Shown piece after piece: positions 9,372 through 19,813 of a stretch of 64,000 bases of DNA. A program made the translations under genes and the position numbers. The first letter of the stretch is position 1. Every line of letters starts with the position of its first letter. Source of the stretch: an uncultured Bacillota bacterium (GTDB taxonomy: Bacteria; Sysuimicrobiota; Sysuimicrobiia; Sysuimicrobiales; Segetimicrobiaceae); assembly GCA_963787105.1 (NCBI GenBank), contig CAWBBU010000012.1:116189-180188 (forward strand), written 5' to 3'. The notes beneath the pieces were generated by a model. It was not told where the DNA came from. It ran no database searches and saw only the letters and a list, made by a program, of their open reading frames with translations.

Positions 9372-11814
9372 ATGAGCAGTCAGTACGACCCGAGAACGAT
9401 CGAGGCCAAATGGCAGGCGCGGTGGCAGGCGGACGGCCTCTACCGCGTTCAAGACGATCCGTCGCGCCCGAAGTTCTTCTTCGTGACGATGTATCCCTAT
9501 CCGAGCGGCGATCTGCATATCGGACATTGGTACGCGATGACGCCCTCCGACGCGAAGGCCCGCTACCTCCGGATGCGGGGGTACAACGTGCTGTTTCCGA
9601 TGGGGTTCGACGCGTTCGGACTGCCGGCGGAGAACGCGGCGATCCAGCACGGGATCCACCCGTTCCAAGTGGACGATGGCCAACATCGAGCGGATGCGGG
9701 GCCAGCTGCGCTCGATGGGGACGATGTTCGACTGGACGCGCGAGGTCGTCACGTGCCGGCCCGACTACTACGTCTGGAACCAGTGGTTCTTCCTGAAATT
9801 CTACGAGGCGGGGCTCGCCTACCGCAAGCTGGCCGCCGTCGACTGGTGTCCGAACTGCAACACGACGCTGGCGCGGGAGCAGGTGGTTGGCACCGATCGT
9901 GTCTGCGAGCGCTGCGGCACGCCGGTGATCAAGAAGGACCTCGAGCAGTGGTTCTTCCGCATCACCAAGTATGCCGACGAGCTGCTCGACTTCAGCCGTA
10001 TGGAGTGGCCCGAGCGGGTGCAGACGCTCCAGCGCAACTGGATCGGCCGCAGCGAGGGCGCCGAGATCGTGTACACGAGTGAGCGGGACGATCCGATCAC
10101 CGTGTTCACCACGCGGCCGGACACCCTGTACGGCGCGACGTTTCTCGTGCTCGCGCCCGAACATCCGCTCGTCGATGCGCTGACGACCCCCGAGCACCGC
10201 GCCGCGGTCACGGCGTACGTGGAGCGCGCCCGCCGGCAGACCGAGATCGAGCGCCTCGCGGAGGATCGCGAGAAGACCGGCGTGTTCATCGGCGCCTACG
10301 CGCGGCATCCGCTGACGAACGCGCGGATCCCCATTTATATCGCCGACTACGTCCTGCTCACGTACGGGACGGGCGCGATCCACGCCGTGCCGGCGCACGA
10401 CACGCGCGACTTCGCGTTCGCCGTGGCATACGGGCTGCCGATACCGGTGGTGATCGCGCCGCCGGACTGGGACGGCGCGCCGCTCCGCGAGGCCTACGTC
10501 GGCGAGGGCGTCATGGTCAACTCCGGCCCGTTCGACGGGACCCCGAGCGAGGAGGGCCGGCGTCTCGTCACCGAGGCGCTCGAGCGCATCGGCCGCGGGC
10601 GGACCGCCGTGACCTACCGGCTGCGGGACTGGTTGATCAGCCGCCAGCGCTACTGGGGCACGCCGATCCCGATCATCTACTGCCCGTCGTGCGGCGCGGT
10701 CCCGGTGCCGTACGCGGATCTGCCGGTGCTGCTGCCCGATGACTCGGAGTTTCTGCCGACCGGGGAGTCTCCGCTCAAACACGACGAGCGATTTTTACGG
10801 ACGACGTGTCCGACATGCGGGGGCCCCGCGGAGCGCGAGACCGACACGATGGACACGTTTGTCGACTCATCGTGGTACCAGTTCCGCTACCTCGATCCCC
10901 ACAACGCCGCCGCCCCATTCGGCGAGGCGCCGCTGCGGACGTGGGCGCCGGTGGATCAGTATACCGGCGGCATCGAGCACGCGGTGCTGCACCTCATGTA
11001 CACGCGGTTCTTCACGAAAGCGATGCGCGACCTCGGGATCGTGTGGTTCGACGAGCCGATGCTGCGGCTCTTCAACCAGGGCATCATCCTCGGCCCCGAC
11101 GGCAACCGGATGAGCAAGTCCCGGGGCAACGTCGTGAACCCCGATGAGTACGTGGGCACGGTGGGCGCCGACGTCGTCCGGGCGTACCTGATGTTCATCG
11201 GGCCGTGGGACGGCGGCGGTCCGTGGAACCCGAGGGGGATCGAGGGCCTTCACCGGTTCCTCCTGCGCGTCTGGCACCTGGTGCTCGGGGCCGCGCCCGA
11301 ACGGCGGGACGCCGGGCCCGAGGCCACGGCCGCCCTGCGGCGGACGATCCACCAGACGCTCCGCCGGGTCACCGAGGATCTCGAGGGCTTCCGCTTCAAC
11401 ACCGCGATCGCGGCGCTCATGGAGTGCACGACCGCGCTGACGCGGCTGCGGGACGAGGGGGCCGCGGGTACCTCCGAGTGGGCGGCCGCGCTCCGGACGC
11501 TCATCCTGATGCTGGCGCCGCTCACGCCGCACCTCGCCGAGGAACTGTGGGAGCGGGTGGGCGGGACACAGAGCGTGCACCTGCAGGCGTGGCCGGCGTG
11601 GGATCCCGACGCGGTCCGGGAGGACCACGTGACGCTGATTCTACAGGTGAATGGAAAGGTCCGCGACCGGGTCACCGTGCCGGCCGGTTCGAACGACGCC
11701 CGGCTGCGCGAGGCCGCGCTCGAGAGCGAGAAGGTCCGGAAGTTTCTCGACGGCAAGGCGGTGGAGGACGTGATCGTCGTGCCAGGCAAGCTGGTCAACG
11801 TCGTCGCCCGGTAG
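9372..11814 (+). CDS. leuS: Leucine--tRNA ligase (frameshift near 9667)
   Basis: [42 protein letters not shown]. Split over two frames. Confidence 0.97.
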
Positions 11815-11823
11815 GGGGAGCGC

Positions 11824-11851
11824 GAACCTTTTGGCGGCCCGTCCCGTTCTA
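11824..11851 (+). promoter_or_regulatory. ECF-sigma-type promoter GAACCT-N15-CGTTCTA (likely autoregulatory, near-leaderless)
   Basis: Matches the general ECF AAC..CGT pattern, 5 nt before the sigma start codon. Confidence 0.6.
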
Positions 11852-11856
11852 TCACG

Positions 11857-12484
11857 GTGATGGGGACGCCAAGCGCGCTGGTGTCGATGGCTCGCCCCCG
11901 GGTCGGGCAGGCACACTCGTATACCGCGGAGGAACTGGCGCGGTACGACGCGATCGTGCAGCGGTACGCCCGCCACGTCTACAACATCGCGTACCGGATG
12001 GCGGGCAACGAGGCCGACGCGCGGGATCTCACCCAGGAAGCGTTCCTCCGAGTGTACCGGGCGCTGCGGCGGGTCGAACCGGACGCACCGCTCGAGAGCT
12101 GGCTGTACCGGATCGTCAGCAACCTGCACATCGACCTGCTTGCGCAAGCGGCCGCGCCAGCGCGTCGAATCGCTCGACGCCGCGGTGGACACGCCGCGCG
12201 GGGAGATGCTGCGCGAGCTGCCCGATCCGGCGTCGAGTCCTGAAGCGATCATCGAGCGCGAACAGCTGGACGGGACGATCCAGCGGGCGCTCGGCACGCT
12301 GAGCGAGGATCTGCGCATGGTGGTCGTGTTGAGCGACATCGAGGGCTATTCGTACGAGGAGATCGCGATGTTCTTGAAGGTGCCGTTGGGAACCGTGAAA
12401 TCGCGCCTGCATCGGGCGCGGCAGACGCTGCAGCAGCGGCTCGCGCCGTACGTCGAAGCGCGGCGGCGGGGGTGGGAATCATGA
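11857..12484 (+). CDS. ECF RNA polymerase sigma factor (frameshift near 12140)
   Basis: DARDLTQEAFLRVY, SWLYRIVSN; YSYEEIA..VPLGTVKSRLHRAR. Confidence 0.93.
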
Positions 12485-12984
12485 CCCTCAACCACGACCG
12501 CGTCGAGCGCCTGCTGTCGTCGTACCTGGACAGTGAGCTCACGCCGGCGGAGGCCGAGGCGGTGCAGGAGCACCTCCTCGACTGCGCGGAGTGCCGCGAC
12601 GCGTATGACGGGCTGCGCGCGACGAAGATCCTGCTTGGGGCGCTGCCGCTCGCGGAGCCGCCCGCGGAGTTCTGGGCGGCGGTGCGTGAGCCGCGGCCGT
12701 CGCGGTCTGCCCCGCCGGCTCCGCGGCGCCTGTTCTTCCGCCAGCGCCTCGCGTGGGCGTCCGCGGCCGCCGTCCTGGTGGCCGCCGTGGCGGTGACCCC
12801 GGTCGTGCGCGGGACGATCGACCGCGTCCACGCCTCCGAGATCGGCGTCGATCTGTACCTCCGCCAGCACGCGGCCCAGATGAGCGCCGAGCCGTTCACC
12901 GACCGGGCGTATCTCGGGCTCGCGACGGGCGACGCCGACCTGGTGCTGGCGGGCGACGCGACGCCGGCGGGCAAGGCTCCGTGA
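12481..12984 (+). CDS. Zinc-finger (zf-HC2/ZAS) membrane anti-sigma factor
   Basis: LLSSYLDSEL...HLLDCAEC followed by one TM helix. Confidence 0.9.
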   Translation: MTLNHDRVERLLSSYLDSELTPAEAEAVQEHLLDCAECRDAYDGLRATKILLGALPLAEPPAEFWAAVREPRPSRSAPPAPRRLFFRQRLAWASAAAVLVAAVAVTPVVRGTIDRVHASEIGVDLYLRQHAAQMSAEPFTDRAYLGLATGDADLVLAGDATPAGKAP

Positions 12985-14309
12985 TGCACGGCCGGCGGCT
13001 CGGCCTCGCGATCGTCGCGGCCTCGGCACTCGTGCTGGTGGCCGCGGGGGCGGACCGGGCCGCTCCGGCGCCGAACGTCCCGGTGTCCGCGGCGACGATG
13101 CTGACGCTCGCGCTCGAGGCGCCGGGCCTCATCGATTACGAAGGCACCAAGGTCGTGACCATGCCGCGCCAGGGCCGCACCGAAACGATCACCGCCGTCG
13201 AATCGCACAAGCGGCCGGATATGATGCGCCTCGAGTATCTGTCGCCGGGCGACGTCGCGGGACGTCTGATCGTGGACGACGGCCGCGCGTCGTGGCATTA
13301 CGAGCCGAGCCACAACCTAGTGGTCGAAGGACCGACGATGGAGGCCGGCCTGTTCAACGGCGGCTTGGCGCAGCTGCGCCGCAACTATCGGGTGACCGCG
13401 CTCGGCACGGATGAGGTGATCGGACGCCCGGCGTATCTCGTGCTGCTCGACCCGAACACCCCGGGCGTGAGCCGCGAGCTGTGGGTCGATCAGGCGACCG
13501 GGACCGTGCTGCGCACCGAGGAGCGCGACGCGTCGCGCGGGATCGTGCTCACGACCTACTTCTCGCGCATCAGCTTCAGCCTCAATCTGCCGGCCGCATA
13601 CTTCCAGTTTCGGGCGCCGGCGGGCGCGCGCGTGTTTCCGATGTTCACGGTCTCCGGCGAGGCGGCCGTCTCCGATCCGCTGAGCCACCGGGCCGGCGTC
13701 AACGCGCTCGTGCCGCCCGTGCTGCCGGACGGCTATGTGTTCACCGGCGCCGCGGTCAGCCGGTTCGGCGCCTTGACGTCGGTCTATCTCCGATACAGCG
13801 ACGGCGAGAATTTGTTCTCGCTGTTCGAGGCTCCCGCCGGGTCGATCGGCCCGACCTCCGGGCAGACGATCCAGGTCGGGGCCGCGAGCGGACGTCTGGT
13901 GGACCTCGGCTACCTTCGGGTGCTGACCTGGGAGCAGGGCGGGCTGCACCTGACCGCGGTTGGGACGATGCCCGCGGACACGCTGGTCGCCATCGCGGGC
14001 CATCTCGTCGGCGATCAGGAATCGGCGCTCGTCCAATCGGTGGCGCAGACGGCCGCGGTGGATCCCGCGACCGTGCGCGCGCTGCGGCAGGAGGGCCTGA
14101 CGTTTCCCGAGATCGTGCGCGCGGTGATGCTCTCGCGCGCCGTCGGGACGGACGTGACGACGGCCGTCCGGTACCTCACGGGCGGCATCGCCGGCACCGA
14201 GTTGGCCGGCAAGCTGGATCTCACCCAGGCCGTGTGGAAGCAGCGTGTCGCCGACGCGCTCGACCGCGCCGGCACGGTAGGACCGCATCTGACCGCACCG
14301 AACCCCTAA
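12984..14309 (+). CDS. MucB/RseB-like (LolA-fold) exported regulator with extended C-terminus
   Basis: Signal peptide; MRLEYLSP..LIVDDG; VIGRPAYLVLLDP; ELWVDQATG. Follows the anti-sigma gene. Confidence 0.8.
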   Translation: MHGRRLGLAIVAASALVLVAAGADRAAPAPNVPVSAATMLTLALEAPGLIDYEGTKVVTMPRQGRTETITAVESHKRPDMMRLEYLSPGDVAGRLIVDDGRASWHYEPSHNLVVEGPTMEAGLFNGGLAQLRRNYRVTALGTDEVIGRPAYLVLLDPNTPGVSRELWVDQATGTVLRTEERDASRGIVLTTYFSRISFSLNLPAAYFQFRAPAGARVFPMFTVSGEAAVSDPLSHRAGVNALVPPVLPDGYVFTGAAVSRFGALTSVYLRYSDGENLFSLFEAPAGSIGPTSGQTIQVGAASGRLVDLGYLRVLTWEQGGLHLTAVGTMPADTLVAIAGHLVGDQESALVQSVAQTAAVDPATVRALRQEGLTFPEIVRAVMLSRAVGTDVTTAVRYLTGGIAGTELAGKLDLTQAVWKQRVADALDRAGTVGPHLTAPNP

Positions 14310-14348
14310 TCGACCGCCGCGCAGTCCCGCAGGCGCGGGGATCACGAG

Positions 14349-15267
14349 GTGTCATCATACGGATTCCGCTGGCGCGGCGCGCCGCCGTGGTCGCGATCGC
14401 GGCGCTGATCGGCGCCGCTCTTCCCGCGTTGGGCCTCGGCGCGCCCGCGGGCCCGGCGCCGCTCGCGAAGGGCTGGGGCCGCGTCGTCGCGTCGGGCACG
14501 CTCGCGTCGGTGGACCCGGTCCACGGTCGGGTGCAGCTCGCGGTCTCCGGGACGGGGACGGTGGATTGGTTTGAGGGCGGCACCACCTGGCGGCAGGTGC
14601 CGGTGACCGGCACGCGGACGGTCCGGCTGCTTGCCGCGACGACGCTCGTGGACGCGACCGCGCACGCCTCCCGCTTGCCGCGGTGCGGCCGGGCGCGTTC
14701 GCGATTTTGTGGGGCGTGGCGAGCCCGACCGCGGATATGGCCGGGATGATCTTGGAAGTCGGGTCGTCGTCCCCGCGATCGGCGGCGGCCCTGAGCGCGG
14801 CCGGCCCCCAGACCGGTGTGGTCGTCGGCCGGTCGGGGTCGACGATCGAGCTCCTGTCCGGCGGCGGTGCGAAGCACACGGTGGTCGTCACCGCCGCGAC
14901 CGCGGTCGCCGCCGGCGGCCGGACCGTCGCCGCGGCCTCGATCGTCCCCGACGATGTGGTGCAGGTCGTGGGCCTGATGAATTCGGACGGCAGTATCGTC
15001 GCGACACGGGTCACCGTTGAGTTTTCCGCGCCCGACTCCGCGCGGGTCTCCGGGCCGATCGAGCAGGTCGTGACGGCACTCGGGGGTCTCGTGGCCGCCG
15101 GCACGATGATCTCCACGTCGGCCGACACGTATTTCCTTCTCCAAAGTGGAGCGGCCGCGCCGCTGTCGGAAGCGGCGCCGGGACGGCTCGTCGTGGCGTA
15201 CGGCATTCCCGTGGTCGACGACGCCACCCCGATCGGGCTGGCCGCGCGCGTGATCGTGCTGCGCTGA
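14349..15267 (+). CDS. Exported DUF5666-like OB-repeat protein (frameshifted; start approximate)
   Basis: Repeats such as SIVPDDVVQVVG..DGSIVATRV and a signal-like N-terminus. Confidence 0.6.
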
Positions 15268-15512
15268 GGGCGCCGTCAGCGTCTCACGATTCGTGACACC
15301 AATCCCGGCCGGCCGCGCGCGGATCCCGGCGGGAGGTCGCTCCGGCCGGGAATCGAACCATATCGATGCGATTCGTCGGCGCGCCGCGCACGACCGGATG
15401 CGCGCGGCCGATGCACGACCGGACGTGCCATCCATCGTCAGACCCTGGTGGGTGTAGTGGGGCGGCCATCGGCATGCACGCATGTGTCGGCCGGCCGAGA
15501 GGAGGACGCGCG

Positions 15513-17188
15513 ATGAACACGTTCGGGTCGCCGGTGAAGCGGATCACGCGCCGCAAACTCGTGACGCGCGCGGGCGCGCTGGCCGCCAGCCTCGCCGTCC
15601 CCGGCGTCGCCTCGGCACAGCAGCGTCGGTCGAGTGCGGATCGAGAACAGGGACTCGATCACGTCGTCGTGATCATGTTTGAGAACCGCTCGTTCGACCA
15701 TCTGTTGGGCCGGTTGTACCAGCCGGGCGACGTCCGGTCATTCGAGGGCGTCATCGGCAAGGACCTCAAGAATCCGATCCCCGCATGGTCCGCATTCGGG
15801 GCGGACCGGAAGTTCGTGTCCTACGGGATCGCGCAGAACATGAACACGCCGAACCCCGACCCCGGCGAGGAATACCCGCACATCAACACCGACCTGTTTG
15901 GCATCCTGAATCCCGAGCAACCGCAACATGCCGCTCGAGAAAATGGTGGCGCCGTATAACGCGCCCGCGAACCCGCGCCAGCGGCCCACGATGGACGGCT
16001 TCGTGACCGATTACATCAGTGCGTTTACCGACGAGATGCGGCGGCAACCCACGTACGAAGAGTACGCCCAGATCATGATGGGGTATACGCCCGCGCAGAT
16101 GCCGGTCGTCTCGGCACTGGCCCGCGGCTTCGCGACGTTTGACCACTGGTTCTGCGACGTGCCGTCGCAGACGTTCCCAAACCGCTCGTTCTTCCACGCC
16201 GCGACCTCATCCGGATACGTGCTCAATGCCACGCCTCCGGACTCCTTTCCGGTCCACAATACCGCGGAAACGCTGTTCGAGCGCCTGGAGGCGAACGGCC
16301 TGACCTGGCGAGTCTACTGCGACCCGCCGAGTCCCGCATCGTTCACCGGAATCATTCACGCGCCGCGGCTGCACAAGCGCTTCGCGACGAATTTCTTGAC
16401 GGTGCCCGATTTCCTGGACGATGCGAAGAACGGACGCCTACCGACCTACTCGTTCATTGAACCGAACTTGTGGTACGGCCACAACGACATGCACCCGCCG
16501 GAAGCGGCGCCGATGGGCGGGCTGCCATTCGATGCACCGTCCTCTCTGATCGGCGGCGAGGCGCTGCTCGCCACGATCTACGACGCGATCCGGTCCGCAT
16601 CGTCCTCCCGCGGGTCCAACTATCTCAACACGCTCCTGCTGGTCGTCTTCGACGAAGTGGGCGGCACCTACGATCACGTGCCCCCGCCACTGGCGCCGCC
16701 GCCCAATCCGGCGGCGCCCGCGGGTCAGATGGGGTTCACGTTCAACCGGTTGGGCGTGCGAATTCCGGCGATCGCGATCTCTCCGTGGATCCCCGAGCGC
16801 ACTGTCGTCAACGAGGAGTATCACAACACGTCGCTGATTCAGACCATGCGCGGGCGGTGGTCGCTTGGACGTCCGCTCACGGCCCGCGACGCCGTCGCCC
16901 GAGACTTCCGCTCCGTCCTGTCGCTCACCACAGCCGAGATCCCCCGACCAATGGCCCACCGTGGTCCCGCGGCCGGTTCCCACATTCGATGCGACACTCT
17001 TCCCGCCGAACCGTCCGCTGTCGGACGAGGCGAAGGGACTGGTCTTCGGCGTGCTCGAGTTTGAAAAAGTTCTCGGCGCCCGGGTGCCGAACATCTCGCC
17101 GGACGCGGACATCACGGGCGGTCAGGCGATCGCGATGTTGCGTGAGATCGCCTTTAGCCTGTTCCCGCGTCTCCAGACCAAGAAGTAA
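15513..17188 (+). CDS. Tat-exported phosphoesterase / phospholipase C family (two frameshifts)
   Basis: ITRRKLV Tat signal; HVVVIMFENRSFDH; SQTFPNR; FDEVGGTYDHV; RLGVRIP. Confidence 0.9.
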
Positions 17189-17269
17189 CGCCTGGGACGG
17201 AATTCGAGCAAGATTCCAGCGCGGGCGCGCGCCGGCGCCGTTCGCGCGGTCGGCGCGTGAGGGAGGGCC

Positions 17270-17585
17270 ATGGATCTCGGGACGCTGCAGGCGCAGATCA
17301 CGGCGACGTTCGGCGCGCGCGACCGTGCGCGCGGGATAGACGGGACGTTTCGGCGCTTGGTCGAGGAGATCGGTGAGGTCGCGAAAGATCTCCGCAGTGG
17401 GGACCGGGCGGCCCTCGCCCTTGAACTGTCGGACGTGCTCGCGTGGACGGTAAGCGTCGCCGCGCTGTGCGGCGTGGATCTTGACCGGGCCGCCGCGAGA
17501 TACGCCGACGGGTGCCCCCGATGCGGCGTCTAGTCCGTGCCGGTGCCCGATGGATGGGCCCGCCGGACCGGCCGACCGGCCCTAA
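17270..17585 (+). CDS. MazG-like nucleotide pyrophosphohydrolase (C-terminal CxxC..CxC restored by removing one base)
   Basis: LVEEIGEVAK..ELSDVLAW..YADGCPRC. The raw ORF stops at 17533. Confidence 0.85.
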
Positions 17586-18398
17586 CCGGCGTAGAGCAGC
17601 AGCATTTCCCTGACGAGCGAGGCCGCGACGATCGGCGTCCGGCCGCCGGGATCCAGGGCCGGCGCCACCTCGACCAGATCCATTCCGACAACGTGGCATC
17701 CGGCGAAGCGCGCGCAGCGACTCGAGCAGGGCGGCGTACGACGCGCCGTCGGGTTCGGGATTGCCGGTGCCGGGAGCCGTACCGGGATCGAGCACGTCGA
17801 TATCCAGGGTCAGGTACAGCGGCCGTCCGCGCAGCGTCTCGAGCAGCGCGGACGGGACCGCGACGTCCCGGGCGCAGTGCAGGCTGCGGCGCCGCGCGAC
17901 GTCGAACTCGATCCGGGTGCCGGCGCGGATGCCGAGCTGCACGAGCGGGCACCCGTCGTCGAGCAGCCGGCGCATCACCGTCGCGTGGCTGATCCGCGCG
18001 CCCTCATACTCGTCGCGCAGGTCCGTGTGCGCGTCCCACTGCACGACCGTGAGGCCCGGGTATCGTGACGCGATCGCGCGCACGCCGCCGAGCGTGATGG
18101 TGTGCTCGCCGCCGAGCAGGAAGGGCAGGCCGGACGGCGCGGCGCGCTGAATCGCGGCGACCATCTCGACCGGGTCGAGCGCGTCCACGTCGAGGTTGCC
18201 GCGGTCGGTGAAGGCGACGTCATCCAGATCGCGGTCGAGGCGCGGGCTGTAGGTCTCGATGCTCTCCGACGCCTGCCGGATGGCGTCCGGCCCGAATCGG
18301 CTGCCGCGCCGGAACGAGGCCGTCGCGTCGTACGGCACGCCGATGAGCGACGCGCGGCCCGAGCCTTCGTCGGCGCTCCGTGCCGACAGAAATCTCAC
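17582..18398 (-). CDS. speB: Agmatinase / ureohydrolase (frameshift near 17705)
   Basis: GGEHTIT, WDAHTD, LDIDVLDP, GTGNPE. Confidence 0.92.
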
Positions 18399-19243
18399 GG
18401 CGCGCGGAGCGCGTCGGCGAGGTAGGGCGGCAGGTCGAGCGCGGCGTGGTGCCCGCGCGCGGTATAGTAGCGCAGGCCGAATCCGTCCGTCCGGCGGGCG
18501 ATCTCCTCGACCGGCACGTCGAGGGGATCGCGGCCGAGCGACCCCATCGTAAACGACCAGAGCACGCCCGGGTACGTGAGCACCGTCGCGGTATAGGTCC
18601 GCACGACGGGAAACACCGGGCGCAGATGCTGCTGGACGGCGGCGACGAGATCCTGCTGGTACACCGCGGACCCTGACTGGACGACCAGCACGCCGTCAGG
18701 CGTGAGCCGCCGGGCGATCTGGGCGTAGAACGCCGGACTGAACAGGCCGACCGCGGGTCCCTGCGGATCGGTGGAGTCGACGAGCACGACGTCGAACGCC
18801 GCGCCGCCGTCCTCGACGTACGCGATCCCGTCGCCGACGATCAGCTCGGTGCGGGCGTCCTCGAACGCGCCGCCGCCGATCACATCGAGGTACGCGCGGC
18901 TCGTCCGCACTACCGCCTCATCGATCTCGACGAGCGTGGCCCGCTCGAGGGGGTGCTTCAGCGCTTCCTCGAGCGCCCCGCCGTCGCCGCCGCCAATGAT
19001 CAAGAGGCGCCGGGGCGCCGGATGGGTCAGGAGCCCGGGATGGGCGAGCATTTCGTGGTAGACGAACTCGTCGGCCTCGGTCGTCTGCACCGCCCCGTCG
19101 AGCACGAGCATCCGGCCGAAGCGCGGGCTCTCGTAGATCTCGAGGTGCTGGTAGGCCGTCTGCTCCTCGTGCAGGCGGCGTGTCACTTGGAACGTGGACG
19201 TGAAATCGAGGCAGCCCTGGTCGGTGATCCACGCCCCCTTCAT
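18395..19243 (-). CDS. speE: Polyamine aminopropyltransferase (spermidine synthase family)
   Basis: LVLDGAVQTTEADEFVYHEM, LIIGGGDGG, FDVVLVDSTDP. Confidence 0.95.
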   Translation of the reverse strand: MKGAWITDQGCLDFTSTFQVTRRLHEEQTAYQHLEIYESPRFGRMLVLDGAVQTTEADEFVYHEMLAHPGLLTHPAPRRLLIIGGGDGGALEEALKHPLERATLVEIDEAVVRTSRAYLDVIGGGAFEDARTELIVGDGIAYVEDGGAAFDVVLVDSTDPQGPAVGLFSPAFYAQIARRLTPDGVLVVQSGSAVYQQDLVAAVQQHLRPVFPVVRTYTATVLTYPGVLWSFTMGSLGRDPLDVPVEEIARRTDGFGLRYYTARGHHAALDLPPYLADALRAP

Positions 19244-19719
19244 CGCACGAGCCCGTCGGCCGCCGGCCAGAACAGCGCGAGGGCGACCGCGCAGCCGGCC
19301 CGCTCGACGGTGTGTTCCGCGACCACCACGACCACGTCCTCGAGCGGCAGCCCGCGCATGCGGAACCCCTCGACGACCATCTCGCGGACCGTGCGCTCCG
19401 CTTCCTCCCGCGACGTGTGGCCGGTGTATTCCATGATCACGCCGTGGTGCTCGCGGGCTACGCCGACGCCGATCGCGGCGCTGATCCGTTCGCCCGGGCG
19501 CGCGCTGGCCGCTTTGGCGTACACGGCCGGCATCAGGATGCCCGGTGGGTAGGCCGGGAGATCGATGATGCGCGCGCCGGGGGGCAAGATGCTCGTCACC
19601 CGCAGAAAATTGAGATCGGCGGCGCCGGCATCCTGCAGGGCGCGGTCGAACGCGTTGAGCTCCGTGCCGCCCTCGCCGTGCCCCGCGACTAGGGAAATCG
19701 CCTTCGGAAGTTGCCACAT
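19240..19719 (-). CDS. pdaD: Pyruvoyl-dependent arginine decarboxylase
   Basis: GEGGTELNAFDRAL..NFLRVTSILPP; ISAAIGVG; GVIMEY. Confidence 0.88.
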   Translation of the reverse strand: MWQLPKAISLVAGHGEGGTELNAFDRALQDAGAADLNFLRVTSILPPGARIIDLPAYPPGILMPAVYAKAASARPGERISAAIGVGVAREHHGVIMEYTGHTSREEAERTVREMVVEGFRMRGLPLEDVVVVVAEHTVERAGCAVALALFWPAADGLVR

Positions 19720-19813
19720 ACGTCCACTATTCCACTCCGTGCGAGGCGCTCCTTCGCTCTGCGCGCGGTGAAGAGGAAATTGGGTGTTGCCGCGCAACGA
19801 TAGCGGGAACAGT

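Noticed and set aside
9660-9680. Programmed frameshift or naturally split leuS
   Set aside because: There is no slippery sequence, removing one C restores HPFKWT, and the same error type recurs across the window.
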